This document shows positions 1 through 11,268 of a stretch of 30,429 nt of DNA, piece by piece (position 1 is the stretch's first letter; each line of letters starts with the position of its first letter). The DNA is from Tubiluchus corallicola (lineage: Eukaryota > Animalia > Priapulida), in contig JAQGDQ010000923.1 of NCBI GenBank assembly GCA_030141605.1, forward strand, positions 49,531 through 79,959, given 5' to 3'. The position numbers and the translations under genes were made by a program. The notes below the pieces were generated by a model. It saw only the letters and a list, made by a program, of their open reading frames with translations, made no database searches and was not told where the DNA came from.

Positions 1-774
1 AATGCCCTAGTTTAGATTGTCATTTGACACACAGTTTGTAAATATATTATCGATTAAAGTTGCTGAGTAAGTAGTAATTCTTGTTGGTTTGGTGATTAAG
101 GGATACAATGAATGACTAAGTAGGCAATTGAGAAAAGATTCAGTTCCTTCGTGCGAGTCACAGTTAAGCAAGTTTAAGTTGAAATCGCCGCAGATAAAGA
201 TGTGCTTGTTTTCATCAATTATTTTAGAGAGAAGGTTATCTAAACCATCAAGAAATACTGGGATACTGGTACCCGGAGGTCTGTATAACACTCCAACTAA
301 AATATTTTTTGTAAGTTCTTGGGTAATTTCAACAATCAGAGAACAGGTGGAGGGGTTTCCCTGTATATAAAGGACGATTTAAACAGTAGACCTCGTAATG
401 ACTTAGACTGTTTCAATGAACAAACCTGTGAATCACTGATTGTTGAAATTACCCAAGAACTTACAAAAAATATTTTAGTTGGAGTGTTATACAGACCTCC
501 GGGTACCAGTATCCCAGTATTTCTTGATGGTTTAGATAACCTTCTCTCTAAAATAATTGATGAAAACAAGCACATCTTTATCTGTGGCGATTTCAACTTA
601 AACTTGCTTAACTGTGACTCGCACGAAGGAACTGAATCTTTTCTCAATTGCCTACTTAGTCATTCATTGTATCCCTTAATCACTAAACCAACAAGAATTA
701 CTACTTACTCAGCAACTTTAATCGATAATATATTTACAAACTGTGTGTCAAATGACAATCTAAACTAGGGCATT
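1..774. repeat. Fold-back inverted duplication: arms 1-339 and 436-774, 96-bp spacer
   Basis: Position i pairs with 775-i. Two mismatches seen (91/684, 190/585). ORF 7..291(-) encodes the same peptide as the end of ORF 319..768(+). Confidence 0.95.
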
Positions 775-3340
775 CTCTACAGTGATATATCTGACCATTT
801 TCCCATTTATTCAGTAACTAGCTTAAAAGTGGCACTTCATTCAAAACCAATAGTTTCAAAATTTAGAATCTTTAATGATAGCACCATCGCAGACTTCAAG
901 TCCAAAGTAGCACCCCATGACTGGTCCCAAATCTTTTGCATACAAAATCCTGACTCGGCATTTCAATCTTTCTTTAAAGATTACTACAATATTTACAATG
1001 AAAGCTTTCCACTAAATAACTATGGAAGTTTTTGCGGAATCAATCAAAGTGGTTTATTTATGATATTGCAGCAATGATCAGGCTGAAATAACAACAACAA
1101 AATAATTACATATAATACTGCCATACCGCATAGAGCGTAAGTACAAATATAAATGTTTCGAATCATACGAATTTAAGAATTGTTCCTTTAATCACAAAAG
1201 TATAACTGCAAATAATATACCGTTCTAAATGTTAAATATCTGCTTGACACTGCATGGAGTTCTTATTGTTAAATGTGCTAAAAATTGCCTCCTGGCAAAC
1301 TGCAATACGGGTGCTCTTCGTATGCTGAAATCTTCGAGATCCTCTATCTACTAATTACAAAAATAGTAAAGCCACGGACGTTAAATAAACCTTGGCTAAC
1401 AAGCGGCTTGATACACTCAGTTAAACACAAAAATAAATTATATACGCTAAAATTAAAAAACCCTACTGATCTGAACATTGACCATTATAAAACTTATAGA
1501 AATAACCTAACGTCAATACTAAGAAAAGCCGAAAAAGATTATTATGCCAATACAATTAAAAATAATATGAATAACATGAGAAAAACGTGGAAAATTATAA
1601 ATTTAGCTATTAATAAAAAAGATACTTCTCATATAGAACAGTATCATTCAGAACATTTCAAAAAATCACACCATAACCCAATGACATCAAAAGAAATATC
1701 CGATGGCTTTAATAACTATTTTGTAAATGTAGGATCAACTCTAGCAGACAAGATTCCCACTGCAAATACATCATATTTTTCATACTTACCAAATGCATGT
1801 AGGAATTCAATGCAGTTGCTTCCAATTGACAAAACGGAGCTATTAAATGTGGCAAATATTTTAAAAAATAAAAACAGTACAGGGTATGATGATATATCAC
1901 AAATTATCCTTAAAAAATCCATCAGCTGTATTGCTGAAACTCTACTTTATATGTTTAACAAGTCATTTTCAACAGGTATAGCCCCAGACTCTCTGAAAAT
2001 AGCTAAGGTTAATTCAATTTTTAAAACTGGTGATAAGTGCCAGTTTCAAAATCATAAACCCATTTCAATTCTTCCCTGTTTTTCCAAAATTCTTGAAAGA
2101 CTAATGTGTGATAGACTAGAAAGTTTCATTAAAAAATATATATTATATAACAAACAACTAGGCTTTAGACAAAACCACTCCACTTACATGGCTCTACTTG
2201 AACTTCTTGATTTAATGTCAAATGTAATTGACAATAATGAATTTTCAAATGGTATTTTTATTGAAATATCTAAGGCCTTTGACCATCAAATACTCTTAGA
2301 TAAATTAAACAACTATGGTGTCAGAGGTCTACCTTTACAGTGGTTTACAAGTTATTTACACAACAGAAAACAATCCGTACTAATTGAAAACACATTTTCT
2401 TCTTTGAAGCAAATCAATTATGGTGTCCCCCAAGGCTCAATCTTAGGTCCATTGCTTTTTCTTCTCTATATTAATGATCTCCACAATGTCTCCAACCTGC
2501 TAGACTTCATTTTATTTGCCGATGATACTGACATATTCTATAGTCACTCAAACTATGAATCAATGATAAATACTGTAAACCAAGAACTTGTACACCTCTC
2601 CACCTGGTTTAAAGCTAATAAGTTATCACTGAATATTGAAAAAACCAAATTTATTGTATTCACAAATAAAAATAAAAGAATCCCTACGAATCTTACAGTA
2701 AAAATCGATGAAGTCCCAATAAATCAAGTAAAACATACTAAGTTCTTAGGCATCATCATAGATGAACACCTAACTTGGCAAGAACATCTTAGATTTATCG
2801 AAAGCAAAATCTCAAAAATCATAGGCATTATATACAGAGTTAGACACATATTGCCTAAATCAGTACTTGTATTATTATATAATTCTCTTTTTTTACCATA
2901 TCTAAATAATTCAAACATTATTTGGGGAAGCACATACTCCAGTCGATTGAAAAAAATTCATCTGATTCAGAAGAAAATAGTGCGAGCTATAACATTTGCC
3001 GGTTATCAGGACCATACACCACCAATATTTAAAAGACTAAACTTTCTAAACATTTATGACATTAATAAGTTCCAAACTGCCATTTTCATGTACAAATTCT
3101 CTCGTAATTATTGCCTCCCTTATTTACTGATTATTTTTGTTTGAATGCTGAGATACATAATTACGGCACACGTTATAGACTGAACTATCACTACATGCAG
3201 TGCAACACAAATGTTAGAAAATTTTCTATTAAATACAATGGCCCTTGCATATGGAATTTAATTGCTGCAGCTATTTAAAATGCCAACTCGCTGTCCATAT
3301 TTAAAAAAATTATAAATTAAACTTACTTGAAACATATAAC
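340..3340 (+). pseudogene. Inactivated endonuclease-reverse transcriptase ORF2
   Basis: In-frame TAG at 766-768; 339-bp interruption at about 1016-1354; DxSKAFDxxDH reads EISKAFDH (catalytic D>E plus short deletion); frameshift near 3110. ORFs starting at 319, 829 and 1285 share one frame. Confidence 0.88.
1016..1349. mobile_element. Unclassified insertion in the LINE ORF2
   Basis: Flanked by ACTAA at 1011-1015 and 1350-1354; removal restores ESFPL-ITKIVKPRTLNKPWLT in frame. Confidence 0.7.
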
Positions 3341-3715
3341 TGATCACTCAATCATGATTTGTTGTTTTTCATTTTCAAAACTTGTATAGTATAATAATAT
3401 TTTTATTACTTCCCACCCGTATTTATATTTGTATATTTTGTGATATTGTATCTGTATATATTGTAATTTTTTTCGTAACTAATTCTAGTGGCCTACCATA
3501 AGCTAGCTTCTTAGGTCTCTAGCGCAGAATTCATGAATTGTATCATATTTTTATATTAACAAAAACTGATGCACATGTAATGTAATGTATTTGTATATGT
3601 TTACTTGAAAATAAATCTATTAAAATCTAAAATAGTAGAGCTGTATAAAAAATTTCAAGTGCAGTGGTAGCCGCCATTCACTTATGACGTAACTGGTGGA
3701 CTTTGAGACTTTTCC

Positions 3716-4770
3716 ATGATCACGACCACGACTATCACCTGAGCAATTATGACCACGACCGCCTCAACACAACCACGACCATGGTCACCATGATCACGAT
3801 CACAACCGTCACCAGCACGATCACGACCGCCACCAGCACGATCACGACTGCCACCAGCACAATCAACCGCCACCAGCAGGATCATGACCGGAAACCAGCA
3901 CGATCATGACCACCACCAGCACGATCACGACCACCACCAGCACGATCACGACTGCCACCAGCACGATCACGACCACCACCAGCACGATCACGACTGTCAC
4001 CAGCACGATCACGACTGCCACCAGCACGATCATGCCCACGACCATCACCAGCATGATCACGACCATCACCAGCACGATCACGACTGTCACCAGCAGGATC
4101 ACGACCGGAACCAGCACGATCACGACCGCCACCAGCATGATCATGACCAGCACCCACGACACCACCAGCACGATCACGACTGGCACCAGCACGATCACGA
4201 CTGCCACCAGCACGATCACGACCACCACCAGCACGATCAGGATCATGACCAGCACGAGCACGATCACGACCACCACCAGCACGATCACGACCGCCACCAG
4301 CACGATCACGACTGCCACCAGCACGATCACGACCGCCACCAGTATGATCATGACCAGCACCAGCACAATCATGCCCACGACCCCCACCAGCACGATCACG
4401 ACTGGCACCAGCACAATCACGACTGCCACCAGCACGATCACGACTGCCACCAGCACGATCATGACTGCCACCAGCACGATCATGCCCACGACCACCACCA
4501 GCACGATCACGACTGCCACCAGCACGATCACGACTGCCACCAGCACGATCACGACTGCCACCAGCACGATCATGACTGCCACCAGCACGATCATGCCCAC
4601 GACCACCACCAGCACGATCACGACTGCCACCAGCACGATCATGACTGCCACCAGCACGATCACGTCCACCACCAGCACGATCATGCCCACGACCACCACC
4701 AGCACGATCACGACTGCCACCAGCACGATCATGCCCACGACCACCACCAGCACGATCACGTCCACCACCA
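3716..4770. repeat. 21-bp minisatellite (ACCAGCACGATCACGACTGCC) with 24-bp variants
   Basis: Directly visible tandem units; 7-aa periodicity in translations (TSTITTA, QHDHDCH). Confidence 0.95.
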
Positions 4771-4848
4771 GCATCATCATCATCATCATCATCATCAAGA
4801 ACAACAACAACAATAACGAGGACAACAACAACAGCATCAGCAGCAGCA
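4771..4848. repeat. (CAT)n/(CAA)n/(CAG)n microsatellite tail
   Basis: Trinucleotide runs continuing from the minisatellite. Confidence 0.9.
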
Positions 4849-5038
4849 AAACACTTGCACACCACTAATTACTAGTATAAATCAACAGCCTGTCTAATTA
4901 ATAGAAATCCATATTTTCTGTCCAACCACAACTGTTCAAACATGTAAACATTAACAAGTATCGAATTCGGATAGGAAACTGTAACAACAGAATACACCTA
5001 CCAAAAATTTGGATTCGAATTAAAAAAAACTTGTTGGA

Positions 5039-5086
<48 letters not shown>

Positions 5087-5162
5087 CATATATAATATAT
5101 AAACATATATATCATATATACATATGTATGCGTTTATATAAATATATATTATAAGCATATGT
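5039..5162. repeat. Degenerate (TA)n microsatellite
   Basis: Visible TA dinucleotide tract. Confidence 0.9.
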
Positions 5163-5416
5163 AAAATTATTCAGTATATATAAACTAAGTATTTATCTTT
5201 AAAAATATTAGTTATTTTGTAATAGTTTGTTATGTTTATTTATTTTTATACAAAAATTAAAATTCTCTCATCATAAATATTACTATCCTCTTCAGTTTTA
5301 CTTGTGAGTCGCCATATCAAATTATTGACTAATTCAATTTAAATTGATCCTAATTTCTTCATACTAATAACCATTATGTACAGACCCCATGAACTAATTA
5401 TACCATCTAATATGTA

Positions 5417-5535
5417 AGGGGAGTGTGCACATGACCACTTGGTCTTACACTCCCCTCACACAAACCAAATTTGCTCTTTGATAATATTATTTTTGTAAGT
5501 GTGTTTTATTCTTTTTTTGTGAAATAAAAAATGAT
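5417..5535 (+). mobile_element. Hairpin plus AATAAA, probable 3' end relic of a LINE/SINE
   Basis: AGGGGAGTGT (5417-5426) pairs with ACACTCCCCT (5447-5456), inner GACCA/TGGTC stem; T-rich tract and AATAAA near 5523 follow. Confidence 0.4.
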
Positions 5536-5550
5536 TATTTATAGACTCAC

Positions 5551-5913
5551 CCTCAGTATGTGCAAAGGACTGTCCTCTAACCTACAAACTCCCTCTTCGT
5601 GAGAATCAACAGCTTCCTCATTTTTGGCTTCCTCTGGAGCCTCCTGTTGTTTCTGTGGTTTTCCGCTTCCGACCAGGATGCTGAGAGCGGCAAGAACTTT
5701 CCATCTTCCTCTTGAGGAGTTCTTCGTTTCCTCTTTTCTTTCACCTCTTAACTCTTGCATAGGAACACCGTGTTTGCTCCAAGTCGACTGTTCAACAATC
5801 TTCGGCAAACGTTCGGGAATAATCGGATTTACACGAGTCGACGACGGCGTCTGATTGTTTCTGAGTAACGTGGCCACATCCAGCCACTCGAATCGACGAG
5901 CCATTTTATTGCT
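5551..5913 (-). CDS. Candidate 363-bp coding exon of an unidentified gene (phase 0/0, ATG at 5904)
   Basis: Acceptor ttttgcag| and donor agg|gtgagt on the minus strand, both in frame with ORF 5539..5991; raised GC; non-repetitive peptide SNKMARRFEWLD...SPLHILR. Confidence 0.6.
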
Positions 5914-6109
5914 CTGCAAAAGTAAGCCACTAATTAGTGTGTTATCATTCATCATTACGTCACAAAGGTTAATAAACGTGGCAGACGACAATTATTGAAA
6001 CGTCATTGTATCACGACAAGCGACAATTAATTAGTGATAATTAGCTAATTGGTTGCTTCCGTTAATGCCCTAAACACTCGTAAATCTTATTGACACCTAG
6101 TGCAACACG

Positions 6110-7010
6110 GGGGGGGGCAAGGCAGCATGGCTTCTATGTCATTTTCTCAACAACACAGTGAGCCAAAACAGCATGGCTTCTATGTCATTTCTCAACAACA
6201 CAAGGGGTCAAGGCAGCATGGCTTGTATGTCATTTCTCAAAAACACAAGGGGTCAAGGCAGCATGGCTTCTATGTCATTTCTCAACAACACAAGGAGCCA
6301 AGGTTGCATGGCTTCTATGTCACTTCTCAACAACACAAGGAGCCAAGGTTGCATGGCTTCTATGTCGTTTTCTCAACAACACAAGGAGTCAAAGCAGCAT
6401 GGCTTCTATGTCATTTCTCAACAACACAAGGGGTCAAGGCAGCATGGCTTCGTCATTTCTCAACAACACAAGGGACCAAGGCAGCTTGGCTTCTATGTCA
6501 TTTCTCAACAACACAAGGGGTCAAGGCAGCATGGCTTCTATGTCATTTCTCAACAACACAAGGGGTCAAGGCAGCATGGCTTCTATGTCGTTTTCTCAAC
6601 AACACAAGGGGTCAAGGCAGCATGGCTTCTATGTCGTTTTCTCAACAACACAAGGGGTCAAGGCAGCATGGCTTCTATGCCGTTTTCTCAACAACACAAG
6701 GGACCAAGGCAGCATGGCTTCTATGTCATTTCGTAACAACACAAGGGGTCAAGGCAGCATGGCTTCTATGTCATTTCTCAACAACACAAGGGACCAAGGC
6801 AGCATGGCTTCTATGTCATTTCTCAACAACACAAGGGACCAAGGCAGCTTGGCTTCTATGTCATTTCTCAACAACACAAGGGGTCAAGACAGCATGGCTT
6901 CTATGTCATTTTCTCAACAACACAAGGGGTCAATGCAGCATGGCTTCTATGACGTTTTCTCAACAACATAAGGGGTCAAGGCAGCATGGTTTCTATGTCA
7001 TTTCTCAACA
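6110..7010. repeat. 45/46-bp minisatellite, about 20 copies
   Basis: Unit AACAACACAAGGGGTCAAGGCAGCATGGCTTCTATGTCATTTCTC; 15-aa periodicity in ORFs. Confidence 0.97.
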
Positions 7011-7017
7011 TTGTACA

Positions 7018-7175
7018 TGTATATGCCCAATCCAATGCGACCTTCTTACTTGGATTTGTTTACTCCAAGGATTCTTCTTCAGCACATCGTACAGATCATC
7101 ATCACTGGATATTCTGTCAGGCCATTTAGTTCTTTGTAAAGCGCCAATTTCCATTTATTCTCCATAGCTCTGGGT
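7018..7175 (-). mobile_element. RTE-like LINE C-terminal relic
   Basis: Minus strand translates KWPDRISSDDDLYDVLKKNPWSKQIQVRRSHWIGHI, resembling the W.D.ISN..LY...RR..W.GH motif of RTE-clade ORF2; AMENK lies upstream in a shifted frame. Confidence 0.55.
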
Positions 7176-8056
7176 TGCATAAAAACACAGGTTAAAGTGA
7201 AGTTGAAAGATCCGAACTGTGGCTTCGTGAGAAAGTCTATGGCTTCTGCCCACGCTAAATGAATTAATGTTTACACTAGCGTAGCAGAACCGTGGCTGAA
7301 CTGATTATTAATTGCTACATTAGCTGACTCAGTTAGCTGACTGAATGATGAATTGCTGCACATTCTGTAAATAGAATCAGGTGTGTGAATGATGGACAAA
7401 ATGAGAAGTCATGCTTTAATTACTGAGTTACGGTAGTTGCTTTTTTATTTAGTCATTGTTTATATGTTGTTTATTTATTTATTTTTTATTGTTTATTTAT
7501 TTACACAGAGGAGTGGAAGTACTGGTGCTGTTGCTACTGCTGCTGCTGCTGCTGCTCCTGCTACTAAATGTTGATTTAAATGTTGATTTTGCATTTAAAT
7601 GTTGATTATGGAAGAGGATTGCAACAGTAGTCATTAACAGCAACATCGTTACTTTATTCGCTATTTGTTTATATATTTTTATTTGTTTATTTATCAATTT
7701 ATTTGTTTGTTTATTTATTTCTGTTTGTTTATTTGTTTTTGTTATTAATTCACTTGCTCATTTGTATGTATGTTGGTTTGTCTGTTGTTTGTTTTATTTA
7801 TTTGTTTATTTGTTCGTTTGTGTATGTTGTTTATATGATGTTTATTTATTTTTTCAATCATTTATTTATTTATATTTGTAGCACGTATAATGTATTTACT
7901 AAACATCAAACAATAATATTTGTAAACACTATACAATTGCATCAAAACTGAATAACTATGACATGAATAGGAAGAAAACAGTAAACAATTAAACCAACGA
8001 CTCATCTAAGTCTGATAATCTCCTGTCTAATCTAATGCAATCTTCCTACTCGGATT

Positions 8057-8284
8057 TGTTTACTCTTCCCTGTAACGCGATTGTTGTAGAACAACAGCCA
8101 CGTGCTTTTGTTTACTTCGAAAATGGAACGGAAATGACGCATAAACAAAGAGTTTTGTAACAAAGTAGTTGCCTGGCTGCTCAATTGTTTTAAACGTTCC
8201 ATTCTTTTAAAAGCGACTGTAGTAATTCGTTCTCAAAATCAGCTTAATCACTGAAATCTGCCTTTTAACTAGAGAATGTATAAA
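8057..8284 (+). promoter_or_regulatory. Putative promoter of protease copy 1 (duplicated at +3679)
   Basis: TATAAA at 8279-8284, about 70 bp before the ATG; upstream CGGAAATGACGC (ETS/CRE-like), CACGTG and two TGTTTAC. Motif matches only. Confidence 0.35.
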
Positions 8285-8353
8285 CTACAGTTAGGCAATG
8301 AGGAAGCTCTTTGATGATTGTTTCATCTAAAAGTACAGTTAGCACAATTTAGT

Positions 8354-9367
8354 ATGGCAAATCTTCAATCAACAACAATCATCCTTTTCTGTGTGTTTTG
8401 GATTGTTACTTGTTTACAAGAAACAGGCGATGAGAATTCAGAAGATAAAACTTCAAGAAACGAAGTGGAAACTGTTACAACACCTGCCAACAGATCAGCT
8501 GAAAATGAAATCCTGCTGCCTGAACCAAGAATCGTTGGTGGTGAATTGGTATCTGAAAGAGAATTCCCCTACGCCGTCCAACTGTACATTGAACATTATG
8601 GTCCGGGGGGTGAATATGCTGCAGAAAACTGTGGAGGGATTCTCCTCAATGGCCGTTGGATCCTAACGGCAGCGCATTGTTTGAGGAAAAATACGCCGGG
8701 AAAATTCGGGAAACACTTAAAAGTCTATATTGGACGTAACGTCAGGTGGTCGGAAAACCCTTCCCGTTTTATTGCATACTACAAGAGCCATCCAAAGTAT
8801 AGTAAAACGATCAGAGAAAATGATATAGCAGTTGCAAGACTGAACGATCCTCCCGTTCCGTTTGATGATTATATTCAACCAGCTCCCCTGCCGCTCTGTG
8901 GAACACTGAATTATGTTAACGAGACTGTTGCGTTGGTGGGTTGGGGTCGTACTACTTCTGGTGAAACCACTCATACCAACCTACGGAAAGTGTACAGCCA
9001 AGTCGTTACGCCAGGATCTCGTTGTCATGGACACTGGTACGACAGCAGAATAATGATGTGCACAAATGTTCCGGGTGTCTCCACGTGTCTGGGAGATTCC
9101 GGGGGTCCCTTGGTGCTGGCAACTACACGAGAGGTTATAGGAGTAATAAATGGGGGATGGATTGGCAGCGTATGTCAGGGTACAAACCGCCATACGAAGA
9201 TTGCGCCATTTTTAAATTGGATTGAAGACACCATGTATGAGTATGACAATCACATTATTGTGGAACCACGTGAAGATGTCCGTTCCAATGCTGGATATTT
9301 AAACAAAGTTTCAATAATCAAACTTTCATTCATTACAACATTATTTTTTTACTTTACATCTCAATAA
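8354..9367 (+). CDS. S1A (chymotrypsin-fold) serine protease, copy 1, 337 aa, intronless CDS
   Basis: Signal peptide MANLQSTTIILFCVFWIVTC, acidic propeptide, R|IVGG, TAAHC, NDIA, GWG, GDSGGP, hydrophobic C-terminal tail. Confidence 0.95.
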   Translation: MANLQSTTIILFCVFWIVTCLQETGDENSEDKTSRNEVETVTTPANRSAENEILLPEPRIVGGELVSEREFPYAVQLYIEHYGPGGEYAAENCGGILLNGRWILTAAHCLRKNTPGKFGKHLKVYIGRNVRWSENPSRFIAYYKSHPKYSKTIRENDIAVARLNDPPVPFDDYIQPAPLPLCGTLNYVNETVALVGWGRTTSGETTHTNLRKVYSQVVTPGSRCHGHWYDSRIMMCTNVPGVSTCLGDSGGPLVLATTREVIGVINGGWIGSVCQGTNRHTKIAPFLNWIEDTMYEYDNHIIVEPREDVRSNAGYLNKVSIIKLSFITTLFFYFTSQ

Positions 9368-9376
9368 TCAGTTTTA

Positions 9377-9643
9377 CTGTTGATGATGTTGCTGTTGTTG
9401 CTATTGCTGCTGTTGCTGCTTCTGCTGCTGCTGTTGCTGCTGCTGCTATTGCTGTTGCTGCTATTGCTGCTGCTGCTCCTGCTGTTGCTGCTGCTGCTGC
9501 TGTTGCTGCTATTGCTGCTGCTGCTGCTGCTGTTGCTGCTGCCGCTGCTGCTGCTGCTGCTGCTGCTACTGCTGTTGCTGCTGCTGCTGCTGCTATTGCT
9601 GCTGCTGCTACTGCTGCTGCTTTTGCTGCTACTGCTGCTGCTG

Positions 9644-9733
<90 letters not shown>
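9377..9733. repeat. Compound (CTG/TTG)n-(CTA)n microsatellite
   Basis: Starts about 10 bp after the stop codon of copy 1. Confidence 0.97.
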
Positions 9734-9734
<1 letters not shown>

Positions 9735-9798
9735 AACTGGTGCTACTGCTCTGCTACTTCGTTCAATATGGCGTTAGCTTTTTACCTGATATGTCAAT

Positions 9799-9874
9799 AA
9801 TAAAATTTACTACCGTATACATTAGTCTATTGCTGCATTATTAGTCATTAGTCTAAAAAATTCTAATGAATAAA
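9799..9874 (+). terminator. Candidate polyadenylation signals for protease copy 1
   Basis: AATAAA at 9799-9804 and 9869-9874 in block B. Confidence 0.4.
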
Positions 9875-10194
9875 CGTAAAATACATTTATCATACTGCAC
9901 TTAGGAAGTCTGTGTTCCAGAATTTACTGCTCATTTTAAGTCCCCAAAATACCTGTAATGGGGCGGGGGGGCTCCGGACCCTACAGGGCACCTTACAATG
10001 CTCCTGATTTCACTGAGAGAGTAATTGGTATTGTAATTCTCAACTTCACTGCGTTGAGAGTAACTCGCCAAGGCGTTCACACTATACAAGTTACTAGTCC
10101 TTTAGTTACTAGTTTAAAGCAGTTCACTTAGGACAATAATAAAATCTTTGCAACAATGCAATGTTTGATAATAGATTTGCTTTCCGATTTAGTG

Positions 10195-10293
<99 letters not shown>

Positions 10294-10311
10294 ATACTAC
10301 TACTAGTACTT

Positions 10312-10398
<87 letters not shown>
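10195..10398. repeat. (CTA)n microsatellite
   Basis: Near-pure tract between two block B copies. Confidence 0.97.
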
Positions 10399-10399
<1 letters not shown>

Positions 10400-10859
10400 A
10401 ACTGGTGCTACTGCTCTGCTACTTCGTTCAATATGGCATTAGCTTTTTACCTGATATGTCAATAATAAAATTTACTACCGTATACATTAGTCTATTGCTG
10501 CATTATTAGTCATTAGTCTAAAAAATTCTAATGAATAAACCTAAAAATACATTTATCATACTGCATTTAGGAAGTCTGTGTAACAGAATTTACTACTCAT
10601 TTTAAGTCCCCAAAATACCTTTAATGGGGCGGGGGGCTCTGGACCCTACAGGGCAGCTTACAATGCTCCTGATTTCACTGAGAGAGTAATTGGTGTTGTA
10701 ATTCTCAACTTCACTGCGTTGAGAGTAACTCTCCGAGGCGTTCACACTAGACAAGTTACTAGTCCTTTAGTTACTAGTTTAAAGCAGTTCACTTAGGACA
10801 ATAATAAAATCTTTGCAACAATGCGATGTTTGGTAATAGATTTGCTTTCCGATTTAGTG

Positions 10860-11165
10860 CTACTACTACTACTACTACTACTGCTGCTGGTGCTGCTGCT
10901 GGTGCTCCTGCTGCTGCTGTTACTGCTGCTGTTGCTGTTACTACTGCTGCTACTGCTGCTTCTCCTGCTGTTGCTGCTGCTGCTACTGCTGCTACTGTTG
11001 CTGCTGCTGCTGTTGCTGCTGCTACTGCTGCTTCTCCTGCTGTTGCTGCTGCTGCTACTGCTGCTACTGTTGCTGCTGCTGCTGTTGCTACTGCTGCTGC
11101 TGCTACTGTTGCTGCTGCTGCTCTTGCTACTACTACTGCTGCTGCTGCTGTTGCTGCTGCTCTTG

Positions 11166-11203
<38 letters not shown>

Positions 11204-11268
11204 TTTACTACTGCTGTTGCTGTTGCTACTGCTGCTGCTGCTATTGCTGCTACTACTGCAATTGCTGT
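10860..11268. repeat. (CTA)n-(CTG)n interrupted microsatellite
   Basis: Visible trinucleotide tract between block B and block A. Confidence 0.97.

Larger units (their letters stand above)
340..3630 (+). mobile_element. Decayed non-LTR retrotransposon of the CR1 group (CR1/L2/Crack-like): ORF2 plus 3' UTR
   Basis: APE motifs GGGVSLYI, YRPP, GDFN, PTR, LIDNIF, SDHFPI. RT motifs KPWLT, PISIL, QLGFR, SKAFD, GVPQGSILGPLLF, LFADD, FLGIIID. C-terminal HNYGTR and GPCIWN in a shifted frame. AATAAA near 3610. Confidence 0.93.

Noticed and set aside
1285-3144. Intact active 619-aa reverse transcriptase gene
   Set aside because: Start lies in the insert, first catalytic Asp is Glu, C-terminus is frameshifted and the upstream endonuclease has a stop.
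3863-4868. Mucin-like Thr/Ser or His/Asp-rich ORFs of over 300 aa
   Set aside because: Four frames are open because the 21-bp unit lacks stops; no signal peptide or clear splice sites. Coding use is not strictly excluded.
6100-7167. Repetitive ORFs in three frames
   Set aside because: Translations of the 45/46-bp satellite; single-base unit variants switch frames.
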